The notes under the pieces are model-generated. The model was not told the DNA's origin. It worked only from the letters and a program-made list of their open reading frames with translations, and searched no databases. DNA of 63,493 nucleotides, the filler included, from Licmophora abbreviata (taxonomy: Eukaryota): the NCBI GenBank assembly GCA_900291995.1. It is 10 parts of 10 records of this genome, joined end to end, with 100 filler letters (N's around TTAATTAATTAA, not from the genome) between each part and the next. Parts side by side here need not be neighbours in the genome. Positions count along the whole stretch, not along the records: positions 44,475 to 63,493 come from OLMU01000664.1; 9 more parts are not named here. One strand, written 5' to 3'. The position numbers and the translations under genes are program-made. How positions within the stretch are numbered: position 1 is the stretch's first letter; each line of letters opens with the position of its first letter. Positions 44,946 to 56,594 of the stretch are shown here, in pieces.

Positions 44946-45077
44946 GCGCTGGGGGTGTGCGTAACATACATCTGATAAAAAAAGGCGGGATGTGCTAGTG
45001 ATTCAGCTCCTACTACGAGAATGTTCAAAAGGTAACGAAATAAATCAAATACAGATACTTGTCACGGAGTCCCACTA

Positions 45078-46082
45078 CTAGGCTGCTTCTCCCTGTATTG
45101 AAAGTCGAGATCCTACATTTCCATCTCGTGCCCAGACTACCGCTGCAGCCGCAGAAAACATATGCCATGCGGAATGGAGATAGGCATAGCCAGGTCCCGA
45201 TAATACCAGAGTAACCATGCCAGCCGCACTCAATGCGGCAGTGGTCCGACTAGGACGTCCACATCGGTGCCAGAAATATAATATCGAAGAGATAGCCACA
45301 CCGTGGTCAATGTAACAGAGGCCTTCGGCAATCTCGTACGGGCCAAGCGCTTGGACGGAATGGAATAGGGTACTAACGGTCCCCGCCGTCAGTACAAAAG
45401 TGCCCAGAAGAGAGCATCCATACGGTCTCACAAGTTTTCCTTGTATCCGCGGTCGATATCTCGCCAACAAGTACAAACCCGACACCAGATACGACAGGTT
45501 CGATCCCAGAAAGACAGCGACAATGTGACGGGCATGTGGAGAGTTCCACAAATAGTCCATATTGACGACGGCCCACCAGCTCGGCATGGACGCATGGCTC
45601 TGGAGAAACACGTAGCTATACAAAGGAACAAAACTCAGAGCCATGGGGAGACACCACCATGTCTGTTGCAGTATACTTCCTGCTTTACTGAGGATCGCCC
45701 TGGCCGATGATGAAAGCGTTCCCATGGCAAACGAGGCATCCTCGCTGAATGAGGTCAACACATCTTTCACCGAACGAGTCGAGTCCAGTGCACGTCCGAG
45801 CAGATGAGTTTCGCTTGGTGAATCAGCCTGAGCCAATGCTGTTGTAGACTTCTTGCTTTGAGAAGTGGCGGCGCTGTATGGCACGAATGACCCGAGCTTG
45901 GGCGACGACGACGTGGTCGAGAACGCCGGACTGACTTGCTTTGCGAGTTTTACCCCCGAAAAGCCACTGGTCACGGCAATTTCGATAATAAAAAGTAAAA
46001 GAATGATACATGAGGCAAATTGGGGGGCCCTGCGGCAGCGACCTCTCTGTTCAGGACGACGCATGGCTGCGGCGATGTCCAT
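45078..46082 (-). CDS. CREST-superfamily multi-TM protein (ceramidase/PAQR/TMEM8-like) with a plastid-type presequence
   Basis: 'GSNLSY', SxxxH 'VSTLFHS', Asp in 'YIDHG', HxxxH 'LHSAWH'. Signal peptide ends 'TSG-F'. Confidence 0.72.
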   Translation of the reverse strand: MDIAAAMRRPEQRGRCRRAPQFASCIILLLFIIEIAVTSGFSGVKLAKQVSPAFSTTSSSPKLGSFVPYSAATSQSKKSTTALAQADSPSETHLLGRALDSTRSVKDVLTSFSEDASFAMGTLSSSARAILSKAGSILQQTWWCLPMALSFVPLYSYVFLQSHASMPSWWAVVNMDYLWNSPHARHIVAVFLGSNLSYLVSGLYLLARYRPRIQGKLVRPYGCSLLGTFVLTAGTVSTLFHSVQALGPYEIAEGLCYIDHGVAISSILYFWHRCGRPSRTTAALSAAGMVTLVLSGPGYAYLHSAWHMFSAAAAVVWARDGNVGSRLSIQGEAA

Positions 46083-46417
46083 TGTCGTGGCCACGCGCTC
46101 AATTTTGAGCCCTCTGCAGAATTTAGAATTCTGTTGAAGATTCGCGCTGGCCAAAATGCAACCGGTCATTTTCAATAAGTATGAAAATGTGCTTTATAAG
46201 TAAGATGTCTGACGTGTCTTTTTCTGTCATTGGTTTGCCTCCTCACAATTTGGACTGTTTATGTGAGACTGACTGACTCATCGCAAGACAACCGGTTTGT
46301 ATCGCTTTGTCTTCAACTTGTCTAGAAACACGAGCAGACATTTCAATTGCCAATCCAGCACTGGTCCGAATACAGAAACGCAATTGGCTTCATACTCGAG
46401 TGACTCGAACGTCAAGC

Positions 46418-47353
46418 ATGCGGAGTAGATCGATCCGCTGTAGCAATCTTGCAGTATCGGCGCTAGTTGGATTGATGTGTTCCATGCTTTCCGTCCAGGC
46501 ACTAGTAATTTCATCGCCGCAAGTTGGCAACTCAATTCCCCGCACAACAGGAGAAAGTAGTAATGCTGTGTCCAAAATAGAAGATCCTATATCGATACGG
46601 ATTCGGTCGACTCGGGTTGAAGATCTGGATCAGATTGCATCACTTTTATCCGCGGCGGCCATCAAACTCCCACCATCCATGCAGGATGGGGAAAGCCCAG
46701 GTTGGAACTGGAATATGTCCGTGAATGCCCTCCGCAAGAAGGCATCGTTCCGAAAAATCATGTCGCAGAGACTCAACACCATGAACGAGGGGCGACGGTT
46801 AATGTCCGAGATTCATGATGGAGACCCACTTTTTTCCCCATCGTCCGATCGATTGAGGCTGCTGTGGTCGCAGGATGACTTCCGTGTGCAAATGGAAAGA
46901 GCTGCTAGGCTATCGAATGAACAAAATGCTTGGCACAATCACAAATGCGCCGCAGACTCCGACGAAGACCAACACCGATGGCTGCAACATGCCATGTTGA
47001 CGGCTGAAGATACGAGAACGAGAGCTGTTGTTGGTTTCTGCGAGGTTGCCATGATGGGCCATGGCTATCATGATGGAAATGGGAACGGGAAAGAATCATT
47101 TCATGCTGTACCGACAATCGCCAATTTGGTCGCATGCTCGCGGAACAGGAGAAGAGGGATTGCTTCGACTCTTCTGCGGTCGGCGACTCGGTATGTGAGT
47201 CGCCATTGGAACACTTCGACAGACGAAATCGCGCTATTCGTAGAAAAAGGGAACCGCGGAGCAATTTCGCTTTATTCCAAGCACAAGTTCCAGCAAATAG
47301 CTGGACATGGGGACAAGCTACGCATGGTCAAGGAATTAGACGTAGCCTCGTAG
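46418..47353 (+). CDS. GNAT-family N-acetyltransferase with a signal peptide
   Basis: 'VVGFCEV', 'IANLVAC..NRRRGIASTLL' (motif A), 'LFVEKGNRGAISLYSK.KF'. Confidence 0.83.
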   Translation: MRSRSIRCSNLAVSALVGLMCSMLSVQALVISSPQVGNSIPRTTGESSNAVSKIEDPISIRIRSTRVEDLDQIASLLSAAAIKLPPSMQDGESPGWNWNMSVNALRKKASFRKIMSQRLNTMNEGRRLMSEIHDGDPLFSPSSDRLRLLWSQDDFRVQMERAARLSNEQNAWHNHKCAADSDEDQHRWLQHAMLTAEDTRTRAVVGFCEVAMMGHGYHDGNGNGKESFHAVPTIANLVACSRNRRRGIASTLLRSATRYVSRHWNTSTDEIALFVEKGNRGAISLYSKHKFQQIAGHGDKLRMVKELDVAS

Positions 47354-47537
47354 GAAATATGATAAGTCCAACACGTACTAGTTCTATTCGTTTACGATGC
47401 AGCTAGCTAGCATGATACACAAGTCGCACCATAGGCGTAAGAACACTACGCTTTCAATTTTGGTTTCTACATAAGTCGACTGTGCCTCTTTCCAAGCTGT
47501 ACACGGTGGCGACACTACACTTTCTGTGATTCGCAAA

Positions 47538-48076
47538 CTACGACTTTGTGTGGGCGTTCAAGAGAGCATACTCCTGATCCCGCGCCTTGAGCTTGATGAT
47601 ATCAGGCCAGAGTTCCTCCTTGAATGGTTCTTGCTTCAAGTCAGGTGCGTAGTCGACCAACCGTTTCTTTTTGAAATCCAAGTCAATGGCACGCATGAGA
47701 CGACGTGTGCGTCCCGTGACAATGTCAGGGTCGGCCAAGGAGACCGCCTCCGCGACGTGATGGTCCTGCTCAATCAACAAGTCTTCGTACATGAGACCTG
47801 TCAGAGACGAAAAGTAATGGAAGGAAGGAAGAAGGGAGTGGTCGGTAAGCGACGTTGGTGGACTGACTCTCAAGATGAGAACGATGTAAACGCCGACCGG
47901 ACTCCTCCGACTAGAAGTCTTCCGTGCGTAGCCAACGTACGGACTTGAACGAGCGGCATGTCCAGTCCGATTTCTCTGCGTTCCTTACCGTAATTTTTCA
48001 ACTCCGATCCCAGTGCGGATTGGTACACGCTTGCGGCCGATTTGACGACCTTGTCAGTTATCATTCGAAGCGCCAT
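47538..48076 (-). CDS. QCR7: Cytochrome bc1 complex subunit 7, 2 exons
   Basis: 'LKNYGLMYEDLL...V.EA......GRTRRLMRAIDLDFKKK.L'. Intron 47988-47798. Confidence 0.92.
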
Positions 48077-48415
48077 GGTGCTTTCCGAGAGAGGTCAAAC
48101 ACTGCGCAGTCGGCTTCTTCGCTCTTTTGCGTCGTGCTCGCGGAGCGCGATCTTCTGTGTATCGTACGATACGACTTGCCTGGTACCTGTAGGGGGTCTA
48201 CGTGCGACATCGGTAGTAGTAATTTTCTGTAGAAGTCTATCCGGTCGCAGGCCGGACACTTGACGCGACGATAGCCACTCGTGCCCCATCTTTCTCAAGA
48301 TCGAATTCACAGGATGCGTGTGTTCTGTCTTTGGGCGACACGACGATGATCAAGACGACGGCGGCTCAATCTCGCGCTTCCCTCGCACCTCTACTGAAAA
48401 AGTGTGCCGTCCAAA

Positions 48416-51400
48416 ATGACTTCATTGCCACCTCCACCAGGTAGTCAAGTTCTCTCCCTCGTGGGGGCCTTGTCCAGCACAGAAAACCATGATCTACACG
48501 TGCAAGCGATTCGAGCACGAGATGTAGCACTGTCAACGTCTCCAGAGTCCTATGGCGATCTCTGTGTTCAGTTGGGATGTCTGCTGGTCGGATCGGATCG
48601 ACCAGCCGATATGATGAAGCGAATGGACCCATCTCAATTGGAACATTGGCGACAGACGGACCCATCGACTGCTATGCGACTCTACCAGCACGAGTCTGCT
48701 TGGACACAGTTTGGGCAAATGGCCGGCTTGATTCTGAAACAGGCCTTGCTGAGACCACCAATACTGGTTGATGGACGGTCACTCTCGCTCTCCGGCTCCT
48801 ATGCTAGTCAAACGAAGGAAATTTTATTGCACGGTTTGGGATGTTGTCACGCCGAGCTCCGCGCCGTGGCCAGCACTGTTATAGCTACCACATCGGTATC
48901 GGCCAACAGTGTGCAACCAGCTCTGGCGGCAGCATCGTGGCCGGAATTGCTTCCAACATTGATTTCCAATCTGCAGCAGACGTCCAATGTGTCTCTCGTG
49001 CAGGGTTCCCTTGCCGCTGTACTCAAAATGATGGAGGACGGCCCGCATGAGCTCCGACAAGATCAACTGGACGCGTTGATTCCAGTTCTGTTGAACTTCT
49101 TATCGTCCAATGACGAGGCTTCCAAATTGACGGTACTGCAGTGTATTGTTGCATGTTTAACGGAGGGCCTCATGCCTTCGGCTCTTGTTGCGCGGTTCGG
49201 CGACTACATGGGAGGATTGAGCGCTCTCGCAGCTGATACCAGTCCCCGGGTTCGAACTTGGGTTTGTCGCTCCATTGTAACACTGTAAGCTGTCAACATG
49301 ATGATCGTTCAGGCGGCTTTTGTGTGTTTGCTTGGTCTCATGCGTGGGAATCTTCTGTCTCCTTAGGCTGTCGCTTCGGACGGAATATGTGGCTCCTCAC
49401 ATGGGACCGATTGCCCAGTTCATGCTTCAAAGTACAACGGACATGTCACACCCCGACGTGGCCCTTGAAGCCTGTGAGTTCTGGCTGACCTTTGCCTTAC
49501 TCGAGGAGGACACATGTACTCCGGACATGGTTGAAGTCGTTCAGTCATTGTTACCGACGCTAATACCGACACTGTTGCGCGGTATGGTGTATTTACCAGA
49601 AAAGCAGGAAGAGCTAAAGTACATGAACGAAATAGACATGCAGCAGAATGATGCAAACGATCAGGCTCGGCCTGTGTTTCACAAGCGTCGCGCGAAGCGT
49701 GGTGCAGAAAATGATAGTGATGAGGAAGACGACGATGAGGAAGACGACGATGGAGACGGGAATGAATGGACGCTGCGAAAGTGTTCGGCGGCGAGTTTAG
49801 ACTCTCTTGCAGGCCTATTTGGCCCGAACCCAATGTTGACGCCGCTACTGCCAGCGCTAGAGCATGGGCTTGCTAGCTCTGATCCTTGGATACAGGAAGC
49901 ATCGATTCTTGCCCTAGGTGCCATAGCCGATGGATGCCGTGAAGCAATGGGCACTCACATGGTGCAGCTTCATCCCTATCTAATGTCGCAGCTCGCCACT
50001 CCTGAATCGCCGACGGCTTTACCTCAATTGAAAAGTATCGCCGCATGGACAATTGGTCGATACGCGGCATGGGCTGTCGAACAGGTTCAGACTGGAGCAC
50101 AAGGTCATCTATTGGCACACATTACAGAGGTGTGCTTGACACGGCTCAATGACAGGAATCGGCGGGTGCAATTCGCATGCTGCTCGGCATTGGGTGTTGT
50201 CATTGAAGAGGCAGGAGATCTGATGGTTCCGTACCTCGATCCGCTGTTCCGCAGTCTGGCTGCTGTCCTACCAAGATTTGAGACACGAAGTCTTTTGATT
50301 GTGCTGGATACTTTTGGCGTCATTGCCGATTATGTAGGGCCAGCGATTGGAGAAGGGGATCTTCCGGGGATGTTTATTCCACCAATGATGCAAACATGGG
50401 ATTCATTGGCGAAGCAAGACCCGGCTAGTCGCAGTCTTTTGCCTCTCATGGAGAGTCTCGCTAGCATTGCCCTTGTGTGCGGGAGCAACTTCCAACCGTA
50501 CGCTCTCGAAACGTTCGAAACTGCGATGTGCCTAATTGAAAGCGTGTCGCTGATCCTCGTCACAAGCGGCGAAAAACTGTTCTGCGACGAAGATGCCGAC
50601 CCTATTGTGTGCGCTTCAGATCTATTGGATGGACTAATCGAGGGTCTTGGCAATAATTTTGTGACGTTGGTTTCAAGCAGCCAACGATATGGCCCCCACT
50701 TCCTGTCGATGCTTCATGGTCTTACGACGCATGAAGTGCCCGGAGTACGAATGAGTGCATTCGCCATCTTGGGCGACTTAGCGAGGAACGCGCCATCTCT
50801 ACTACAGCCTGCGCTCCCTGAGCTTCTGAAAGAGGCGGTTGCCTGCCTCGACCCTGTACAGCCGTCTGTCTGCAATAACGCCGTGTGGGCCATTGGAGAA
50901 ATCTGTTTGCGCTGCGGAGACAATCCAGAGCCGTTGAGACCCTGCGCTGACAACCTCGTCCAGGGTCTTGCTGCTCTTTTGATGGGAAACGGGCTCGGAG
51001 GGTCCTCTCCTCGCGGATCAGCGATCCCTGGTCTTTCGGAGAATGCAGCTGCCACCATGGGACGACTCACTTTAGTGGACGTCTCATTCGTATCGACAGA
51101 TCTACCACGCTTCCTCATGGGCTGGTGAGTGAGGCGGGCATGGCTCCTTCGTTTCTTCTCGCTAGCTCCACTTCTCATTTGCTTGTTGTCTCTATCTGTT
51201 AGGTGTGACGGAATGGCCAACATTGTAGACCTTGCTGAAAGAAAAGATGCCTACCAAGGCTTCATCCGCGCCGTTTATGCTAACCCGGGAGCGATCCAGG
51301 CTGCTAGCTCCAACCCCGCAGATTCAATTTTATCTATCGTCTTTGCTGTTGTGTCGTGGCACATGCCACCATCTGGCGGCGTTTCCCAGCAGAATACGTG

Positions 51401-51575
51401 GCGAGCCGACATGACGTTCCAGCAGTTTCCGCCAGCCGAGGCGGAGCTTGGCAATGCACTAGTGAAGCTATTGCAAGACGTCAAGACATCGGCAGGAGAG
51501 CAGGTCTGGAAGAGAGTCCAAAACCAGGCCCCGGTCAGCGTCAGGCAGCTGTTGCGGGAGGCTTATCATGTGTAA
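48416..51575 (+). CDS. TNPO1: Transportin-1 (importin beta-2 / Kap104), 3 exons
   Basis: 'VALEACEFW', acidic H8 loop followed by 'EWTLRKCSAASLD', 'SVCNNAVWAIGEI', 'ENAAATMGRL'. Introns 49285-49366 and 51125-51202. Confidence 0.93.
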
Positions 51576-51616
51576 AAAAGGAGAGACAGCGTCGAAATTA
51601 TAAGGTTACATACAAG

Positions 51617-53015
51617 TTATGATTCCAGAACCAGTTCGTCCAACAGAGAGTCCATGGTCTCCTCCTGCCGTCGTTTCTTTTCATATTTCTTGAATGCCTC
51701 CTTGTGCTTCTTGCTCTTGAGGTGATTCTCCATTTGTCCCTCGCTCTTGAAGTCTTTGCGACAGCACTCGCATCGCCAGACCTCGGGTTCGGATTCTTCG
51801 GACTCTACCGACACGTCTGAGTCGTACGGCTCGTCGTGGTCTACGGAGGGTTCGAAAATACCATTGGCCTCGTCTCCCAATGGCGGTTCGCCCGATTCCA
51901 GACAGTCCTCGGTGCCAGTTGATTCGGTTTCGAGGTTATCCTGTTCCTCTGCATGCACACTAGCCCCTGTCTCTTCATCGCTCTCACTTTCGACAACCTT
52001 CTTCTTGTTCTTCCCCTTCTTCCCTCGCTTCCCTCCGCCATAGTCATAGTCGTCTTCCAAATCAGCTAGCCGGACTCTCCCCGCAAGTCGATCCTCTTCT
52101 TCCAACTCTGCCATGGTTCGCTCCGCCTCTGCTCTCCATGCTTCACGCTTTTCCCGAGCAAGTGCCTTTTTCCGCTTTGTTGCTACCGCCTGTTCATGCT
52201 GCTTTCGAATCTTTTCTTCTTGTACTCGAGCAAAATGAGCCTTGACGCGGGGATCGCGTCTCTTGACAAAATGCACGAGTGCCAAGACATCTTCATTCCG
52301 TTCCTTGCGTGCCGACCGACGCTTCTTTTTATTATCATCGTCCATGGCTCGTTTGACTCTACGGTTAGAGGCCTCTCTGGGATCATACATGTCGGCCCAA
52401 GCAAAAACTCAAACAGGATGTGAAGGATTCCCAGGCTTGATAGAACGCAGCGACAGTGGGCCACTCTGTTGTACTGTTGCCAAAGTCAACAGACAGGTCG
52501 TGTAATGGCATGTCGTCAATGTTGCCCTCGCCCGTCCATCCTTGTTGTTCGCCTTCATAAATGTTCTCAAACACCGTTTGATATACTCCAAAGAAACTGT
52601 GTCTGTCTGTGTCATCGTACCCGTCATAACAAGAAGGGTGTTGAAAGGGTACCACGTCAAACAGCATATCCATTCCATCCGCCGCATCTTTTCCATCACC
52701 ATCTGCCGACCAACCCTTTAATATCGCATCTCGATGCTGATCGTACCACTTGCGTTCGGAAGGATCCGACAAGCACTCGTATGCCTGCTGTATGAGACGA
52801 AACCGTTGTGTCGAGTCTTCTTTCGTATTCTCAGTTTCGCTGCTAGCATTTTGTTTGTCTGGATGGTACTTGAGCGCCAGCTTGCGGTGCGCCTTCTTGA
52901 TTGTAATTGCATCGGCATCGCGTGGAACATCCAAGACGTCGTAGTGGCATTGAATACTACTTCTAGTAGTAGCAGCGGTGTTGGTGTGGTCGTCAGAGCT
53001 CATGTTCTTGTTCAT
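51617..53015 (-). CDS. DNAJC21: DnaJ subfamily C member 21 (Jjj1): J domain plus C2H2 zinc finger; +1 frameshift in a T-run at 52403-52407
   Basis: 'CHYDVL...HPDK...RKWYDQHRDAIL', 'SF(AWAD)MYD.REASNRRVKRAM', 'FVKRRDPRV', 'CECCRKDFKSEGQMENHLKSKKH'. Confidence 0.92.
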
Positions 53016-53349
53016 GTCGTGCGTGCGGTCATGTTCGAATGAACTCGAACGTTTGAAAAAGTGAGACGGGAGACGACGGGTGGCGATAGAGAGCCCGCGA
53101 GAGTCTGTCTGTCACCAGATGACCACTCACGTGAACCGAGTGGGACTCGTGAATGAACGAGGCGCGCCGGCCGGCTTTTCATTAATTGGTCAGTCGTGCG
53201 GGGGTTCAAAATTTTGTGTGACTCTCGGGATCGAGAGGGCTCGCGCAACGCATTGAACAAAAATTGAACCACGACGACGACGACGAGCGTGACCCCCTGC
53301 TCTAGCATCAGTACAACAGTCTTATCATCCTTCCTGGACTCTTGCGACA

Positions 53350-54141
53350 ATGCCTCGTTGCCTCTTGCTACCACATGGATCCTATACGCTGGTTCCAGCG
53401 GTCCTTGCCTCGGTCGCTTGGCTCGCATCGTTGTCACAAGACGGCTGTGACTTTTCCAGGCTCACTGGACCGATCGTCAAGGACTTGACGGGCAGCGATG
53501 CCATTCCGTATCTCGAAGTCGGCTTCAGTGCGTACAGAGAACCACAATACAATCCTGATAAAAGAGAATGGCAAACAATTTACACCGGGTCCTGCTTGGC
53601 ATACCCGGACGACAAGGTCAATCAAGACGCCTTCTGGACTGCATCGGAAATCATGGCCTTTCTTGCTCTAGTATTGGGAGGCGGCGGGGCTCTCTTTCTT
53701 TGGTTTTCGTCGTGTTTTGTCTTTTCACCTGGAACTTGGAGATGGGCTGGATACGAAATATTCCTTGCCTTTGTATTTCAGTGTCTTTCGTTTCTGTGGT
53801 TTCAAACGGACTTGTGTCAGTCCGACGACGACAGCGATTGTGCGCTGTTTTATGGGAGCAAGGCCAATATTGCAGCATCCGTTCTATTCCTTGTTTCCGC
53901 GCTCATGGTCATGTGCAAATATCCGAGACCGAAGCCCCAGGATATAGAAGGCTTAGAAGTCGCAACGAGTGATCCGGAGATTTCCATGACTCCAACCGTA
54001 CTTGCTTCACCGTCGTCCTTGGAGCTACCCATGGACGGAGACGCGGATGCCATGATGCTGCCGGCTGGGGAGTCGCCGACGGAAGGTCGTTCAAGAGAGG
54101 GAGATAAGGATCGAAAAGAGCCTGATGCAGAACTTATATGA
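53350..54141 (+). CDS. Four-TM claudin-like membrane protein, paralogue A
   Basis: Four hydrophobic helices with Cys pairs in the loops. Aligns throughout with the 54457 ORF. Confidence 0.75.
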   Translation: MPRCLLLPHGSYTLVPAVLASVAWLASLSQDGCDFSRLTGPIVKDLTGSDAIPYLEVGFSAYREPQYNPDKREWQTIYTGSCLAYPDDKVNQDAFWTASEIMAFLALVLGGGGALFLWFSSCFVFSPGTWRWAGYEIFLAFVFQCLSFLWFQTDLCQSDDDSDCALFYGSKANIAASVLFLVSALMVMCKYPRPKPQDIEGLEVATSDPEISMTPTVLASPSSLELPMDGDADAMMLPAGESPTEGRSREGDKDRKEPDAELI

Positions 54142-54456
54142 AACGATATGGTAAAAGATGGAGCGAGTGGCGTAAAATATGTAAGAACGCGATTTGTTTT
54201 TGAGCTTATTGACGTAGAATGCAGTTCTTCGAGAACTGCTCAGCATTCTCTATCTGGTCCTTTGTAGGCACAACCAAGAACATGTTGCTAAATCACTCAT
54301 GTAGTAGGTGCGCTGCCATCCGAGGGTTACTGTCGCGGCCATCGAAGTGAGAGCTCGCGCGAACCAGATTGGAGACTCCATCATCAGTCATTTCCAAAAC
54401 GTCAAAATGACCCACGGTCGTATTGAAAACCGGCGTCACTTTTTTCATCGCAGACC

Positions 54457-55470
54457 ATGACGTTCTTTCGTCGCGCCCGTGAGCTGCCCCATTCGTTGGA
54501 CTGTAGATACTTGCCACATGGTCCATTCACATTAGTTCCTGCGGTCCTGTGCACCATGGCGTTCTGGACCACGTTCAGTCAAGATGGATGCGACTACGCG
54601 AAGTTGGAAGGACCCTCGGTGGCGAGCGTCTCAGGCAGCGACGTAATTCCCTATGTTGAAGTGGGTAGAAGTGATTTCCGAGCGCCGTTGTACTATGCAG
54701 AGCCAGCAGAGTGGGGGATGGTGTACACAGAAGAGTGTACTCCCTATCCGGATAGTGTCAATCAGGATGCCGCGTGGGGGGCATCCAAGTGGCTGGTGTT
54801 TATCAGTGCGGTCATTGGAGGAGCGCTCGCTCTGTTTCTTTGGTTCGTCGTCTGCTTTACGATATCAAAGCGGACATGGAGGGTGTGCGCCGCAGTATCG
54901 GTTTTTACGGCTCTGCTCCGAGTCGGATCTTTCTTCTTCTTTCTGACAGACATTTGTGTATCCGATGGAAGCAACTGTGTGCTTGACTTCGGCAGTCGAA
55001 TGGACATTATTGCCATTGTGCTGTGGATTGTTTCTGCTTTTTGCATGGTAGGGTACTATCCCAAGCCGAAACTGCGACGATTAACAGACGACGAGCTGAC
55101 CAAAGAACTGGAACGAGAAATGGCACAAACGACCGCAGGCAGCGAGGATGATGGGGAAACCATGTCACTGGCACCGCGACGATTGAATTCTAGCAAAGCC
55201 GGCAAGTGGCAATCGAAGAAGACGGCACAGCCCTTTCAATACCCAGTATCAAAGCGACCACCGTCAAGAGGAAGCTACGGAGACGAGCGGACCATGGCGT
55301 CCAGGACATATGCAGATCAGACGCGTTCATCCTATACTCCAGACTCGTTCGATATGATGTCGAAATCCTATGCCAAGGGGAGCCGGCCAAACACGCCGCA
55401 AACGTATGCAGAAGCAGGTCGACCGTATACTCCGTTGTCGTATTCATCGAAGTCTTTTGAATTAGCATAG
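54457..55470 (+). CDS. Four-TM claudin-like membrane protein, paralogue B, with a longer cytosolic tail
   Basis: Shares 'LPHG.[YF]TLVPAVL', 'SQDGCD', 'IPY.EVG', 'YPD..NQDA.W.AS' and 'TWR' with the upstream gene. Confidence 0.75.
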   Translation: MTFFRRARELPHSLDCRYLPHGPFTLVPAVLCTMAFWTTFSQDGCDYAKLEGPSVASVSGSDVIPYVEVGRSDFRAPLYYAEPAEWGMVYTEECTPYPDSVNQDAAWGASKWLVFISAVIGGALALFLWFVVCFTISKRTWRVCAAVSVFTALLRVGSFFFFLTDICVSDGSNCVLDFGSRMDIIAIVLWIVSAFCMVGYYPKPKLRRLTDDELTKELEREMAQTTAGSEDDGETMSLAPRRLNSSKAGKWQSKKTAQPFQYPVSKRPPSRGSYGDERTMASRTYADQTRSSYTPDSFDMMSKSYAKGSRPNTPQTYAEAGRPYTPLSYSSKSFELA

Positions 55471-55505
55471 ATGGCTCTCAACATGGCGTTTGATGAAGTA
55501 GTTAT

Positions 55506-56594
55506 TCAATCCATAGTCAATGCACTGCTCACTGAAGCCAACGGGACTCCATCAACGTATGCCGACTCTGAAAACTGTACAGGCTCTACGCTCACCACCA
55601 ACACGCCCCCTGATGCATGAACGGCAAAGGCAACTTGAATTGAACCGAAAACAATTTTGTAGGTATTCTCAGACGATCTGGTTACAGATCCGCGCTTGTT
55701 GTCAGCCCGGGGATCTTGTGCTAGGATTTGTTCAATTGTTTCTCTTGCAGCAGCATACCCATCGTTCGATGAGCTGTAGAGCGGCCACGCGACTCGCTTC
55801 TCGTCCACAGCTCGTGCCAGTGCCGCGTCCGCAGCCTTAGAAAAACGGACGTGAGACAGTTCATCCTCCTGACTCACCCACGCCGGTACAGTCTGTGGGA
55901 TCCCATCATAGTGTCCGGGAAGATCCCACGGCACACAAGGCTTGATATCATAGACGGGTGTCCCGTGCACCAGATCCAATGCCGAAATGTGCAACTGTCT
56001 TTTCTTCGCGTCCAGTCGTTCCACTCTCACTAACGACAATCCCAACGGATTAGGTCGGTGCGGAGATCGCGTTGCAAGCGCCCCCACTTTGACACCACCG
56101 CCGCGCGGTGGCTTCACCTTGGTCTTACGGGATGTTTCCAGATCAGTGTTGGCATGAAACCCAAAGATAAGCCACACATGACTAAAGTCATCAATGTTAC
56201 ACAGCGTCTCCATAGGGACTGTGCTGCTGGCGAGCAGCTGCACGCAGCCGCGTGAGCTCGGTACGAGCGCTCCCTGTCGGGGTGTTCCCATTCGTTTCGT
56301 ATAGGGAGATTTGATCATTCCAATGCATTTCAAGACCATTCGATGCTGTTGCGGAGCCTCGGTCGTACCGGTACTTCCTTTATCAGCGGTCGATACTTCG
56401 AGATTCTTTTGCTTCTTCTGAAGAGTACGTAGCTTCACTTCGGCTCGTATGCGGCCTTTGCGTTCTGCCTGTCGTTTCGAATCGTAGTCTGCCTCGATTT
56501 TTTTGAGTTTGACGTAGCTGTACCAGTAGGAGAGCACAGCTGTTGTCCAGGCGGCAGACAGAGCGATGACTGCGGTGGCACTCTTCGTTGTCAT
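55506..56594 (-). CDS. TRMO: tRNA (N6-threonylcarbamoyladenosine37-N6)-methyltransferase TrmO/TsaA
   Basis: 'IG.IKSPY..RMGTPRQG', 'FSHVWLIFGFHAN', 'GALATRSPHRPNPLGLS', 'LDLVHGTPVYDIKP', 'LAQDPR'. Confidence 0.92.
   Translation of the reverse strand: MTTKSATAVIALSAAWTTAVLSYWYSYVKLKKIEADYDSKRQAERKGRIRAEVKLRTLQKKQKNLEVSTADKGSTGTTEAPQQHRMVLKCIGMIKSPYTKRMGTPRQGALVPSSRGCVQLLASSTVPMETLCNIDDFSHVWLIFGFHANTDLETSRKTKVKPPRGGGVKVGALATRSPHRPNPLGLSLVRVERLDAKKRQLHISALDLVHGTPVYDIKPCVPWDLPGHYDGIPQTVPAWVSQEDELSHVRFSKAADAALARAVDEKRVAWPLYSSSNDGYAAARETIEQILAQDPRADNKRGSVTRSSENTYKIVFGSIQVAFAVHASGGVLVVSVEPVQFSESAYVDGVPLASVSSALTMD

Noticed and set aside
56440..56594. N-terminal TM plus coiled coil on TrmO as a novelty
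   Set aside because: A similar 'ER.GRIRA...LR' extension is familiar from plant TrmO homologues.
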